A DNA stretch of 64,000 nucleotides, from the NCBI GenBank assembly GCA_963701855.1, contig CAVPBK010000006.1:64001-128000 (forward strand), given 5' to 3'. The DNA is from Nitrospirota bacterium (GTDB lineage Bacteria > Nitrospirota > Nitrospiria > Nitrospirales > Nitrospiraceae). Position 1 is the first letter of the stretch; every line of letters begins with the position of its first letter. The translations under genes and the position numbers were made by a program. The notes beneath the pieces were generated by a model. The model searched no databases. It was not told the origin of the DNA and saw only the letters and a program-made list of their open reading frames with translations. Positions 41,900 through 51,569 of this stretch are shown here, one piece after another.

Positions 41900-42535
41900 T
41901 TATGCTCTCGGTGGAACAAGTGGCCCCTCATCCATGATGGCTGAATGCAAACGCAAGAACCAGTCGTATTGTTCGGCATGGATCGGATGCAATTCCCGTA
42001 ACTGGAGAACACGCATGCCGGCCGACTGACCCCACACAACGTTACATGGGTGGACTAGTCGAGTATCATCAAAGTGCAGCAAAGCGCGATGCTGATTCGG
42101 AACGTCCCGAGGCCACCAACTGTCGTCAGTAACCACGCTCTCATCGAGCGCGACACACGGGAAGGTAGTCCGCTTTTCAGTCTGCACGGCCTTGACTAGT
42201 GCCTGACTGACCACTTGCAGGCGGCCTTCTCAAGATTTTTCGATATGGCGCTCGAAGCCGACGCCCCCTCGTACAAGGAGGTCATTGAACAATGTCTGCA
42301 TCACCCCCCCCTGAACGGCCTCAATCAAGCGTGTTAGTTGAGGCGACGCCATGACGAAAGCATCTGAAAAGACACGAAGGGAAACGTCCTGCCTCAGCAT
42401 CTTAATAATGGCAGTGCTCTCAATCATCTTGTCGTAAACTTTGACAATTCCATCAAAGTCCGCTTCGACGAGGCTAGAGAATCCTAGTACATCAATAAAC
42501 GCGACATACTGTTCGGCATTCTCCATGTGCGGCAT
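41900..42535 (-). pseudogene. Class III nucleotidyl-cyclase-like protein interrupted by one in-frame TGA (42230-42232)
   Basis: YVAFIDVLGFS...FSDA...LVRGGVG then, in the same frame, VVSQALVKAVQTEK; AT-rich. Confidence 0.65.
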
Positions 42536-42674
42536 TCAAACAAGGTTACAGATGATCCGTCCAAGCTCGCTCATTCTCTCCTCAGGAATGAGGACTGATT
42601 GATCTTCCACTGTGCGCGTTCAACGAGGGCCTTCTGTTTCTTCACTTTCTCCAGAGGGGGCAGGCAAACCGTCC

Positions 42675-42733
42675 TTCACTGCGCGCATCGAACGAGCACA
42701 TTCTTATCGTGCGCGTTCTGCGAGCAAGAAGGA
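42675..42733. repeat. Family-B repeat (59 bp), direct copy of 58702-58760
   Basis: TTCACTGCGCGCATCGAACGRGCACATTCTTATCGTGCGCGTTCTGCGAGCARGAAGGA; 57/59 identical. Confidence 0.92.
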
Positions 42734-42748
42734 TGGGTGCCTGCTCCC

Positions 42749-43768
42749 TCACCCTCCCATCGTCAGCACCACTCGGAACCGCGCCTTGCCGCTCAGCATG
42801 CGATCGTAGGCGGTCGCGGCTTGTTCGAGCGGGAAGGTCTCGACCATGGGACGAATGCCGGTCAGCGCACAGAAGTTCAGCGTGTCTTCCGAATCCCGTG
42901 CGGTCCCGGATGGCCAGCCCTGAATCGACCGTCTCGGACCAATGAGTTGAATGGGCGTGACAGTAATGGGGTCGGCTGATGCCCCCACTACCAGCAACTT
43001 GCCACCGACACCGAGTCCATCGATCAGCTCCGACATCGATTTGCTGTTCGGAGCGGTGGCCAGAATGACCGAGGCGCCGCCAAGCCTGGTCAATTCGTTT
43101 GCTGCGTTGGTCGTGTCTGTGTCGAGATAGCGAGCAGCGCCTAATTTCAGCGCCAACGCTTCCTTGTCTTGGCCCCGCCCGATCGCCACGGTGCGAAAGC
43201 CCATCTTACTGGCAAACTGAACGCCGAGATGCCCCAGTCCGCCCAGTCCCTGCACCGCCACCAGGTCGCCAGCTTGCGCACCGCTGTGGCGCAAGCTGTT
43301 GAAGGTCGTGACGCCAGCGCACAGAATCGGCGCCGCCTCGACCGGCGAGAGAGCGTCTGGAATTGCGGCAACAGCTTCGCTCCGGGCAATCATGTATTGG
43401 GCATACCCGCCATCTTCCTGGAATCCCGTGACCTGAAAATTCTGACAGCCCATGAAATCCCCACGGCGACAGGAGACGCATTGTCCGCAATGTCCGCCGT
43501 GCCACCCCACGCCGACCCGTTGGCTCTTCTTCCAAATCGTCACACCAGGTCCAACGGCATCGATCACACCGGCGACCTCGTGCCCCGTCACTCGTGGATA
43601 TTGCAGGCCAGGCCAGTGCCCTTCCTTCACAAAAACGTCACTATGACAGACGCCGCAAGCCTGTATCTTGATGCGGACGGTATGAAGCCCCGGCTCCGGC
43701 ACCTGCCGATTCACGGTTTCGAACGCGCCGCCCGGACCGCTAACTTGCACCGCAGTCATCTGTGACAT
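42749..43768 (-). CDS. Zinc-dependent alcohol dehydrogenase (MDR family)
   Basis: CGVCHSD, GHE, CGQCVSCRRGDFMGC, LCAGVT, GLGGLG. Confidence 0.95.
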   Translation of the reverse strand: MSQMTAVQVSGPGGAFETVNRQVPEPGLHTVRIKIQACGVCHSDVFVKEGHWPGLQYPRVTGHEVAGVIDAVGPGVTIWKKSQRVGVGWHGGHCGQCVSCRRGDFMGCQNFQVTGFQEDGGYAQYMIARSEAVAAIPDALSPVEAAPILCAGVTTFNSLRHSGAQAGDLVAVQGLGGLGHLGVQFASKMGFRTVAIGRGQDKEALALKLGAARYLDTDTTNAANELTRLGGASVILATAPNSKSMSELIDGLGVGGKLLVVGASADPITVTPIQLIGPRRSIQGWPSGTARDSEDTLNFCALTGIRPMVETFPLEQAATAYDRMLSGKARFRVVLTMGG

Positions 43769-44185
43769 GACTGGCCTCCTCGGGTTGGATTGCACATGAA
43801 TAATAAACACGACGCGCGAGTCATGGAGCGCGGGTGACAATTCTTGCGCGTCGCGCTCATCTCACAATTCTCGCGTATCTCAACGTTCTGCGCAGGGTGT
43901 GCTCTGGTTATCCGACGAGACTAGCGCCGTCGTGAGCGTGGGATCGATCGGGAAATCAATCCTCACTCCGCTGCCTCCTTCTTTCCATCCAAAATGTCGA
44001 GTCACGCAACGACCCCTTTGACCTTCGCAATCGACTTCCTAAACTGAACGATTTGCGAACCGTATGATTCGAGCTTTCACACCAAAAGACTCCTAGTTCA
44101 CAATCAACTGTTTTTGAACACTACCCTAGAGGAAAAAAGAAGGCTCCGGCTTCTTCGATCGTGGATGTTCGAGGCCACCCACGAA

Positions 44186-45352
44186 TTACTGCCTTACACT
44201 TATCTCCAGTCTCTCCCCATCTCGCTCAACGGTCACAAGAAGGGGAAGTGATATCGGATCCGTCCAATTTCCTAATGGCTGACCATTCAACGCTAGAATC
44301 TGATCACCTGGTTTGAGTCCTGCCCGAAAGGCCGGGCCCCCTTGGAGAAGACCGAGCAGCCGCATCCCCTTTCCGGGCCAGCTATAGTCAGCGACCACCC
44401 CCAGAGGATTGTCGCCAAACGCCGCCGCCAGGGCTGCTAACCCATAGGCTGTGGCTTCTTCGACCACAAGACGACGGACAACGGGGTATGACTCATAGAA
44501 CCGACCTGTGGTTACCTCTGCCACAGAGGGACTGTTTGTCGACGATGCGATCTGGCGAAAGACCGTGATACCGCTCTCCACCTTAAGAAGCCGAAGTTCG
44601 AAGGACGCGGACATTGGCTCGCCAGAGCCCGATATGGCCAGACGATAGGTCAGCAGACTGTCCGCACCGACGAGTTTACCCACGCGAATCGTCGTATCTT
44701 CATCAACTCGCCCGGTATATTGAATGCCAACTTCATCGAGAACCGTTCGCAAATCCTCCCGTTCCACAAGCACCAAATCCCGATGTTGTGTGCGCAAAAA
44801 ATTTAGCGTCAGATCAAGCCATGAGATGACTCGGTTATCTGTTGTTCCAGCGACCGGCAAAACCGCCAGTCGCTGTGGCAGCGGAGAGATGGTGGGAGGC
44901 ATGAACACAGGAATCACGGAAACCTGCAACCCTCCCCTCACGAGAGCTTTTATCGACCGAGATCCCTCCGGTCTCGTAGCCTTCCCACAAACTTTCCAGG
45001 CCAAAGAACGAACGACATCAGGCGTACCCCACATGCAAAGCTGATTATCCTGTAGCACCACGTAATAGGGGTTGGCAGGCTCTGCCGGGAAATAGCAGTT
45101 GGGAAAGAATGGACAGTGCAACAGGTACCCCATCCACTCGCCTTTCGGATAGAGCTGGTACTCCCATATGGCTTGCTGTCCATCATCCTGGACCACACGG
45201 TCAGGTTTCCCCAAATTCTTCAATACTTGCTCTTTCGGCGTAGATACGGCCAAACGGTCGTCAAGTTTTCCTGCATCGTACATGTAGGGGAGAAACACCC
45301 CGCAGCCGGACAGGGGAAGCAACAACATGAGACAGAACAGTGCTCGCTGCAT
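44186..45352 (-). CDS. Multidomain lipoprotein: BamE/SmpA-like, CsgG-like and PDZ domains
   Basis: Lipobox LSGC; KEQVLKNLGKPD...WEY; VEREDLRTVLDE...GKLVGADSLL; GPAFRAGLKPGDQILALNG. Confidence 0.7.
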   Translation of the reverse strand: MQRALFCLMLLLPLSGCGVFLPYMYDAGKLDDRLAVSTPKEQVLKNLGKPDRVVQDDGQQAIWEYQLYPKGEWMGYLLHCPFFPNCYFPAEPANPYYVVLQDNQLCMWGTPDVVRSLAWKVCGKATRPEGSRSIKALVRGGLQVSVIPVFMPPTISPLPQRLAVLPVAGTTDNRVISWLDLTLNFLRTQHRDLVLVEREDLRTVLDEVGIQYTGRVDEDTTIRVGKLVGADSLLTYRLAISGSGEPMSASFELRLLKVESGITVFRQIASSTNSPSVAEVTTGRFYESYPVVRRLVVEEATAYGLAALAAAFGDNPLGVVADYSWPGKGMRLLGLLQGGPAFRAGLKPGDQILALNGQPLGNWTDPISLPLLVTVERDGERLEISVRQ

Positions 45353-45581
45353 GGCGCTTTTCCCACTGCCGTATGGAATGCGGAAGGTTTTCTCAAAGGG
45401 GGCTGTCTTCAAGTTAGCCATAAGGAACTTGTTATTGGAAGCCGTGAACGCCAGCCAGATGTGGCCGGTACCCTTGATCAATCCCGGGTTGAGTGTCTTG
45501 CTCTTCGTGCTCAGAAGAGCGGAATCGCCCCATACATCCATCTAAACCCTTGCTACCTCCTGGCCCTTAGGGAATCGGCTC

Positions 45582-46436
45582 TCACCGTCCTTCGCTGGGT
45601 GGCTCCCCAGGATTGATGAGGATGGGGGCCTTCAGTTGGTCCGGCAAGAGAATCAGTTTGGAATTGGGGCTGTCATACAATTTGTACCGAAGATAGGCTG
45701 GTGTGAGTGTATGTGAGATGGTCTCCTGCGCCTTGGCTTGTCCGACGGCCCGGATACGGTTCCCTTCTGCCTCACCTTCGGCCCGAATTCGAATCGAATC
45801 GCCCTCGCCTTTCGCCCGTGTGCGGGCAATCTCGGCATCCTTGGACGCGATAGTCAGTTCGAATTCTTTTTGTTCCTTCTCCTGCTCCTTCGCCTGTTTC
45901 TGCTCAATCGCGCGCAAGACAATTGGCGGAAAATCGACATCGGCCAAGGCGATACTATGGATTTCCAAGTGACGTCCTTTGAGCTTTTCGACCACCACCG
46001 CCTGAATCTTGCTCGCAATCTCCGCGCTCTTCTCCGGCACCGTCACCATGGTATAGCCGGAGACCACGCTCCGCACCGTGGCCATAAACTGGGGTTTGAC
46101 AATCCGCGGATAGAAGTCCGGACCCATTTCTTGGGCCAAAAAATACAGCTCCTCCGGAATGGGCCGGAGGATGATGGCCGCCTTGATGAGCACCTGCAGA
46201 TCATCCGCGCTCAAGGCATCAATGTCCTCGGTAAAGCTCTGCCACCGAATATCGTAGAGGTACACGCTATTCCAGGGCGCCTGGAAGTAATACCCGTCCT
46301 TCAGTGTTTCAGTGGAAAGCCCTTGGGAGAACGGACGCCAAGACAACCCGCGTTGGCCTGGTTGGACGGTGGTGCCGCAGGCCGTGGTCAGCAGCAGTCC
46401 GACGAGCACAAGACTCGTCATAGTTGGGCGTGTCAT
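45582..46436 (-). CDS. SPFH/prohibitin (band 7) family protein with lipobox-like N-terminus
   Basis: TTACG, TVQPGQRG, APWN, VRSVVSGYT, AIEQKQ coiled coil, AEGEA repeats. Confidence 0.9.
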   Translation of the reverse strand: MTRPTMTSLVLVGLLLTTACGTTVQPGQRGLSWRPFSQGLSTETLKDGYYFQAPWNSVYLYDIRWQSFTEDIDALSADDLQVLIKAAIILRPIPEELYFLAQEMGPDFYPRIVKPQFMATVRSVVSGYTMVTVPEKSAEIASKIQAVVVEKLKGRHLEIHSIALADVDFPPIVLRAIEQKQAKEQEKEQKEFELTIASKDAEIARTRAKGEGDSIRIRAEGEAEGNRIRAVGQAKAQETISHTLTPAYLRYKLYDSPNSKLILLPDQLKAPILINPGEPPSEGR

Positions 46437-46473
46437 AGATTCCTCCCGGTACAGCCACGCCATGCGTGGCAGG

Positions 46474-46830
46474 TTAGTAACCTCGTGATCGTGTCGACTG
46501 ATTGGACGAATGCCCCCCACCCAGTTCCAGGTGCAGATCGGCGAGCCGGTCCTGTTCACGTGCAGCGTCTTCGTAGAACTGAACTAAGAGCCGTGTGCCT
46601 GTCACCCATTCAGACTCCGGTCCGAAAAGCCGCTCATAGGCCACAATCGAACCGGTCAATGCCTCGGCCTGTTGGCGTGACTCCGCCGCCTGGCGGCTGT
46701 AATAAGCCGCGATTGCCCAGTGGTCTTGGCCGGGATCGCGCGAGGCGGGATCCAGCAGAGTAGTGGATCTTCCGCTGCAACCAGATTGGAGGAAGATGGC
46801 GAGAAACACAATGAGGATGGCTGTATGCAT
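46474..46830 (-). CDS. Hypothetical helical lipoprotein
   Basis: QSGC lipobox, DHWAIAAYYSRQA; RBS GGAG. Confidence 0.7.
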   Translation of the reverse strand: MHTAILIVFLAIFLQSGCSGRSTTLLDPASRDPGQDHWAIAAYYSRQAAESRQQAEALTGSIVAYERLFGPESEWVTGTRLLVQFYEDAAREQDRLADLHLELGGGHSSNQSTRSRGY

Positions 46831-47334
46831 CGTGGGATCTCCTCCGTCATCCCCAAAGGACGGTCACTGGGCGAGAGGCACACGTGGTTGAAGGAACCTG
46901 ACCGCCACGGAAACGCTGACCGAACGGCACTGTGATTATCGCATTCGCATCCGCTTCAGCACAATATGGGAAACTCTGAAAGAGGATCGGTTCTGCACCC
47001 GCCCCAGCGCCGAGAAACGCTTCTGGAGCCATTTCTTTTCCCAATGTGCGGAGGGTGAACAATCGTGGCCAGACAGTGCCACGTTCACGATTCAGCCTCA
47101 GACTGGAATGGGAACCCGGAGACGAGACAGAAGCCCTTGCTCCAGCGCCTCTGCTGCATTCCTGGATATTCAGACGAAAGGCATACGGACCAGAGGCTAG
47201 GGGGCAATTAGAAAGAGTGCCTCTCCTCTCGCCTCGTGCCCCTCGCCCTTCACCAGATCTCTATGCAATTTCACAACGAACCGTCATGATTACTACGAGA
47301 TCCGTATTGACTTACTGAGCCCGCTCAGAACACT

Positions 47335-48321
47335 TCAATGGACGTCTTGACCAGTCCTGAAAAAATCAATGATCGCCTTATTGTTTCCCGGCCATTCAGG
47401 ATGCGTTCCCGTTCCTTCGCAGTAGCGTGTTGCGACATTGTTCTTACACCCCCTGTACGTTACACAGCCCTCAGCGTCTTTTACAAGACTTGTAGCATCG
47501 CAACCATTACAGGCAGCCCACCATTGTATTGCTTCGTTACCATATCCTGGGAACAGGGTGTCATGACTACTGTGCATAACCAAAACGGGAAGCGGGTTGG
47601 GACATTGATAGGCTTTCAAGTCCTCAGCCCTGATACCCGCCGCACTCGGAGCAATCGCCGCTGGAATATGTTTGGTGCCATTGATAAAGGCTATGGCCAT
47701 AGCCGTAGTCCCGCCATCAGAATGACCGGTGAGAAAAATCCGTTTGTTGTCGATACACCATTTCTTTTCGATCAGTCCAGGTATTTCAGCAAGCTCCTCG
47801 ATCGTTTTGGGAGTCATTGTGTGGTGATCGGCATAGGCCACAATAAAACCTGCCGCCGTCGCCTCTTGCGTAAGATGCACAAAGTCTTCTGACTCATATC
47901 GATTTGTCCGCGCCGGCGCATAGACCATAAGTAACGGATGGGCAATGTTTGAATTGTAATTGACCGGCGTTTTAACCATATAGCGAATACCGGCTGATGT
48001 CTTTTCATCATTGCTGGCACCTGCATGACCGGGTTTTGTTCCTGGGTCGCAGTACTCTGTATCATTGTTGACTGTATACAAAGCCTCCCCGAGCATTTTG
48101 CCACGATTAACGGCTTCAGTATCATTCCTTCCAGCATATCGAATCGCACCCGCGCCGATAACACCCATCAGCAATACGCCTATTGCTACGGCAACAATAG
48201 TTGTTCGGTTGAGCTCTTTCTTCCCAAAGCGCACCCACTCCGGCTTCACGATACCGATAACTAACAGGGCGACCGAAAGGACAATCGTCACACTGAAGAT
48301 CATTGGAAACATTGCGTTCAT
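47335..48321 (-). CDS. Membrane-anchored alpha/beta-hydrolase (PHB depolymerase/LpqC-like esterase), AT-rich
   Basis: GHSDG nucleophile elbow, HSSHD, WAACNGC, THPEWP; two N-terminal TM helices. Confidence 0.8.
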   Translation of the reverse strand: MNAMFPMIFSVTIVLSVALLVIGIVKPEWVRFGKKELNRTTIVAVAIGVLLMGVIGAGAIRYAGRNDTEAVNRGKMLGEALYTVNNDTEYCDPGTKPGHAGASNDEKTSAGIRYMVKTPVNYNSNIAHPLLMVYAPARTNRYESEDFVHLTQEATAAGFIVAYADHHTMTPKTIEELAEIPGLIEKKWCIDNKRIFLTGHSDGGTTAMAIAFINGTKHIPAAIAPSAAGIRAEDLKAYQCPNPLPVLVMHSSHDTLFPGYGNEAIQWWAACNGCDATSLVKDAEGCVTYRGCKNNVATRYCEGTGTHPEWPGNNKAIIDFFRTGQDVH

Positions 48322-48659
48322 CAGTTGTACTCGCTTCTTTACGTATGAGCGGCTTCGGGGTCAGCAACTGTCCTACCGGTCAAGCCTGCCAACCCACATC
48401 ATCCACGAAGGTTTACTACAACCGCCGATACGACGCTGCGACAAGTCTGACGGCAGGCTGCGCTCACCGCAGTCAGACGTCAGAGCCAGTCCCCTGGCCT
48501 CCGCGCGCCTGTCGCGTGTGACGACTGCGCGATTTCTGGGCAAGCCGTCATGAAGATTTTGATTCGTGGCGGATGTGACCGCAGAGAACTCACAAGCCGC
48601 GGCTGATGTGTTCGATCACCTAACATGTGGCGTCGTGTCGGATTGTGTCATCAGCTGTA

Positions 48660-49001
48660 TCAACGTCTCTTCAACAAGGCCCGAAACTCTTCCGGTATGG
48701 GCATGGACCTAAACGGATGAACATACGCACCGCCGGTATTCCCCACCGGCACCCAAATGCGTGAAAATAGCAACGCACCGATAATCCTCGCCACTTGACC
48801 GCTCATCTCTATTGGGTCCTGGCGTCTCCAGCCGACCTTCAGCATCCACCAATGCGCGTTCGCATGCGCGAATGCGAACGATTGGCTCAGGATATGCGCG
48901 CGTTCTAGGTGATAAAACGCCCTGTCCAGGTTATTGCCAGAGTAGTGCTCGGCTGCAGCATGCATCTCCTTCTCGTAGGCTTGTCTTCGTTCTGCGTGCA
49001 T
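48660..49001 (-). CDS. DUF3703-family protein
   Basis: HLERAHILSQ, HWWML, PVGNTGGA, SMPIP. Confidence 0.88.
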   Translation of the reverse strand: MHAERRQAYEKEMHAAAEHYSGNNLDRAFYHLERAHILSQSFAFAHANAHWWMLKVGWRRQDPIEMSGQVARIIGALLFSRIWVPVGNTGGAYVHPFRSMPIPEEFRALLKRR

Positions 49002-49129
49002 TCTTCTACCCCTGGCAATCAACCAGACATTGATGCCGAGAAAACTTCGGGCTCATTTACGAGCCGACTCTCGCGAATTACTCAGCCTTGGAAGCGTTCA
49101 AGGCACGGCTCAGAAACGTCTGTTTTGAA

Positions 49130-49585
49130 TCATTTTGTCGTGTCCGATGCCTGATGTTTTTCGGGTCGGATAAGATTTGGCTTTCCCTCTTCACCTATGA
49201 AGACGACCAATAATCTCAATGGTACTTCTCCTAAATTCTTTGCGCTATGCACGATGTTTACAACCTCCAGAAACCCGGTCCCGGCCTTAAATGTTTGTCG
49301 AGCGCCATCCTCAAATTCCACCGTCATTATTCCCTCAAGGACATGGACATAGGTTGGGGCCGAATGTATGTGGCGACCGTTTTCCTTTCCCGGTTGGATT
49401 TCGACCAGGACCGAAGCCATTTCTGCATTCTCAGTTTTGGGGTATTCAATCTTTTGGCCGCCGATCGTTGAAGAACTCTTCATCACAGCGGTGACTGTGA
49501 CATCTTGTGGCTCCGCCCACGCTGAGACGGTCGTTTGGACAAAGACCGTGATCAAGAAGATCGAGAAAATTGTTCTCATCGTCAT
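49130..49585 (-). CDS. Exported cupin-domain protein
   Basis: Signal peptide AWA; HIHSAP...VLEG...E...HSAKN cupin motifs; RBS GGAGG. Confidence 0.88.
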   Translation of the reverse strand: MTMRTIFSIFLITVFVQTTVSAWAEPQDVTVTAVMKSSSTIGGQKIEYPKTENAEMASVLVEIQPGKENGRHIHSAPTYVHVLEGIMTVEFEDGARQTFKAGTGFLEVVNIVHSAKNLGEVPLRLLVVFIGEEGKPNLIRPEKHQASDTTK

Positions 49586-49619
49586 ACCTCCATTGCCATG
49601 TACTTTCGAACCGGGGAGA

Positions 49620-49812
49620 GGATATGTCCAACGCTCTTGAAAGCGGCAGTAAGACATCACTCAACGTCACTATCTCAATGAGCCGAGACTCCCCTTCAAC
49701 AACGGGAATGGTACCACAGTGACGGCACATCATTTTCATTACGGCCGACCGAACCGTATCTGTCTTCTTGGACGTCACGAGACCAGTTGACATGCTCGTG
49801 GACAATAGCCAC
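49620..49812 (-). pseudogene. CBS-domain protein remnant
   Basis: RBS CAGGAGG plus GTG GCT ATT GTC CAC GAG, then a frame change to MSTGLVT...AVMKMMCRHCGTIPVV...LIEIVTLSDVL (one CBS repeat). Confidence 0.65.
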
Positions 49813-49891
49813 CTCCTGCTCACAATGCCACGACGACCGGGCCAGGTCACCGGCTTCCGACGAACGTTCGGCTCGTTCACGAGCAAAACAA

Positions 49892-49929
49892 CACGGGCGA
49901 CCCCGCACCATAGTAGGAGGTCGCCCGTG
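49892..49929 (-). terminator. Probable intrinsic terminator downstream of amoC
   Basis: 11-bp stem CACGGGCGACC / GGTCGCCCGTG followed on the minus strand by TTGTTTT. Confidence 0.65.
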
Positions 49930-50009
49930 GATGGCACTGAGGACACCAACAGCCTCTTTCTTCTAACCGGCCAGGTTTGTGGCCAGCTCACAGAAGCTGA
50001 CTGAAGGAT

Positions 50010-50810
50010 TTAGTACGGGATCACGTGCAAGCAGTCCTTGCTCTCGTTGTTCCAGACCACATCGCACAGGTTCGACATGCGCGCCACGATCTGCGCTGCC
50101 ACGCCGCCCGTGCCACCGAACAACCCGCACCAGCCCAGGGTCACAAACCCCCAGTGCAACGGCGCGGCAAAGAGTTCATCGACAAACCAGAACGCATGCC
50201 CCCACTCGTTGAGTCCCACGTTGGGCAGAATCATCATCGGCCCCACAACCGCCCCCACCAAGGGGAACGAGACCGCCTTGCTGAACTGCGGCAGTCGGGT
50301 CATGGCATAGAGATACCAGGATACGCCACAGGTTATGTACAACGGGAAGGTGAAGTAGAAGGCGATGATATGGCTCGCAGTAAAGCTCGTATCGCGGATG
50401 ATCACCTGGTGCCATGACGCATCCTGCTCAAGGGTGTAGCTCCCTGCCCAGTATACGCCAAACACATACACCGCGCCCCACATCATGAAGTAAAAATACC
50501 GCTTGAGTTCCGTCTTGGGATCCACGTTCGCCACGTTGCGATCCCGTGTGCTCCAAATCCACCCTATACAACTGGCCGAGAAGATGATGTTGGAAATCAC
50601 GTTAAACCGCCACAGGCCCATCCAGACGGTCTCGAACTCCGGCGTCATGGAGTCCAAACCGTGGGAATAGCCGAAGACGCGCTGAAACACGACCTCGGCA
50701 CCCACTGCCGTCAACATTGCGAACCAACCAATCTTAAGAGGCCTGGAGTCGTACCAGAGCGCCATATCATATCCGAGGTTGCTCTCACCGAATGTAGCTG
50801 TTTTTGCCAT
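50010..50810 (-). CDS. amoC: Ammonia monooxygenase subunit C, stand-alone copy
   Basis: [20 protein letters not shown] and [12 protein letters not shown]...PLHWGF AmoC/PmoC motifs; GLDSMTPEF and ELKRYFY; RBS GGGAGG. No amoA/amoB adjacent. Confidence 0.97.
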   Translation of the reverse strand: MAKTATFGESNLGYDMALWYDSRPLKIGWFAMLTAVGAEVVFQRVFGYSHGLDSMTPEFETVWMGLWRFNVISNIIFSASCIGWIWSTRDRNVANVDPKTELKRYFYFMMWGAVYVFGVYWAGSYTLEQDASWHQVIIRDTSFTASHIIAFYFTFPLYITCGVSWYLYAMTRLPQFSKAVSFPLVGAVVGPMMILPNVGLNEWGHAFWFVDELFAAPLHWGFVTLGWCGLFGGTGGVAAQIVARMSNLCDVVWNNESKDCLHVIPY

Positions 50811-50954
50811 GTTCTTAACCTCCCTTCATATACTTAAGGACCACCTTTGTGGGTTGGTCCTGGACGTCTCTTCGAAAGATCTTGCCCACTATTTCCACCT
50901 CCTCCTTTCTATGAGATCCACACGGGCAACCGTCAATCCATGGCGACGTAAATG

Positions 50955-50970
50955 AGCAATTCACATTCCA
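50955..50970 (-). promoter_or_regulatory. Putative sigma54 promoter for amoC
   Basis: Minus strand TGGAATGTGAATTGCT has GG-N10-GC spacing with TTGCT. Confidence 0.7.
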
Positions 50971-51077
50971 GCAGAGATCTCGCATGACTTCGCCATCGAT
51001 GATGCTGAAAATCATCGGAGTGAGCGATTTCGTTCGAGAATTTCTGCAGCAAACAAAATGACGTGCCGAAGACGAGC

Positions 51078-51112
51078 TGCTGAATTATCAGCACGGTGCC
51101 GAAAAATCAGCT
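51078..51112. promoter_or_regulatory. Tandem palindromic enhancer-like sites upstream of amoC
   Basis: TGCTGAATTATCAGCA (51078-51093) and TGCCGAAAAATCAGCT (51097-51112). Confidence 0.7.
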
Positions 51113-51569
51113 TTCACTCGGAACACTCACAGGGGCTATGTGAGAAGCCAGGCAATGAATGGCGAGAGGTATCGAGCTTCTGTATTTAGGCCGGAAAAGT
51201 TTTCCGTTTCATACCAGGACCGATTGACAGGGTGGATGAACGAACACAACGTGGCGTGACGGCCGTTCTTATTCTATGTGCCGGTGCATGACGTCCAAGA
51301 TAGAGGCTTACGACACCCGTTGATAGTCAGGCTAGTGATTTTTGACGAGCATCGGGCGTATTATTGATCTCCTGTGATATGATCGAGACGCTACTATCTC
51401 CGTCGGTTGAGTGAGGTGCGCATTCGGCGACTCTCTGTTGAAGACTTGCCAGGAGCTTATGCTTCGCGCAATGACGGGACGAGAGAGAGTTCGCCAACAG
51501 GGCGACGGCCAGCCCAGCATCCCCTTTTGCTGGTCGTGACGGAACCTGCGTCTATTCAGGAGAGGACAT

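Noticed and set aside
42230..42232. Selenocysteine or programmed read-through at the in-frame TGA
   Set aside because: The position is not in a redox motif, no obvious SECIS hairpin follows, and the region is decayed.
45738..46763. Long opposite-strand ORFs (45738-46763, 60774-61874, 15809-16561) and the overlapping ORF 57783-58682
   Set aside because: They overlap well-supported genes and show no motifs; expected shadow ORFs in GC-rich DNA.
50010..50810. Full amoCAB/pmoCAB operon or methanotroph pmoC
   Set aside because: A terminator, a CBS remnant and a cupin follow instead of amoA/B; sequence type and context fit a Nitrospira AmoC better.
51047..51070. Alternative sigma54 promoter for amoC (minus strand CGGCACGTCATTTTGTTTGCT)
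   Set aside because: No GC at 10-nt spacing; the site at 50955-50970 fits properly.
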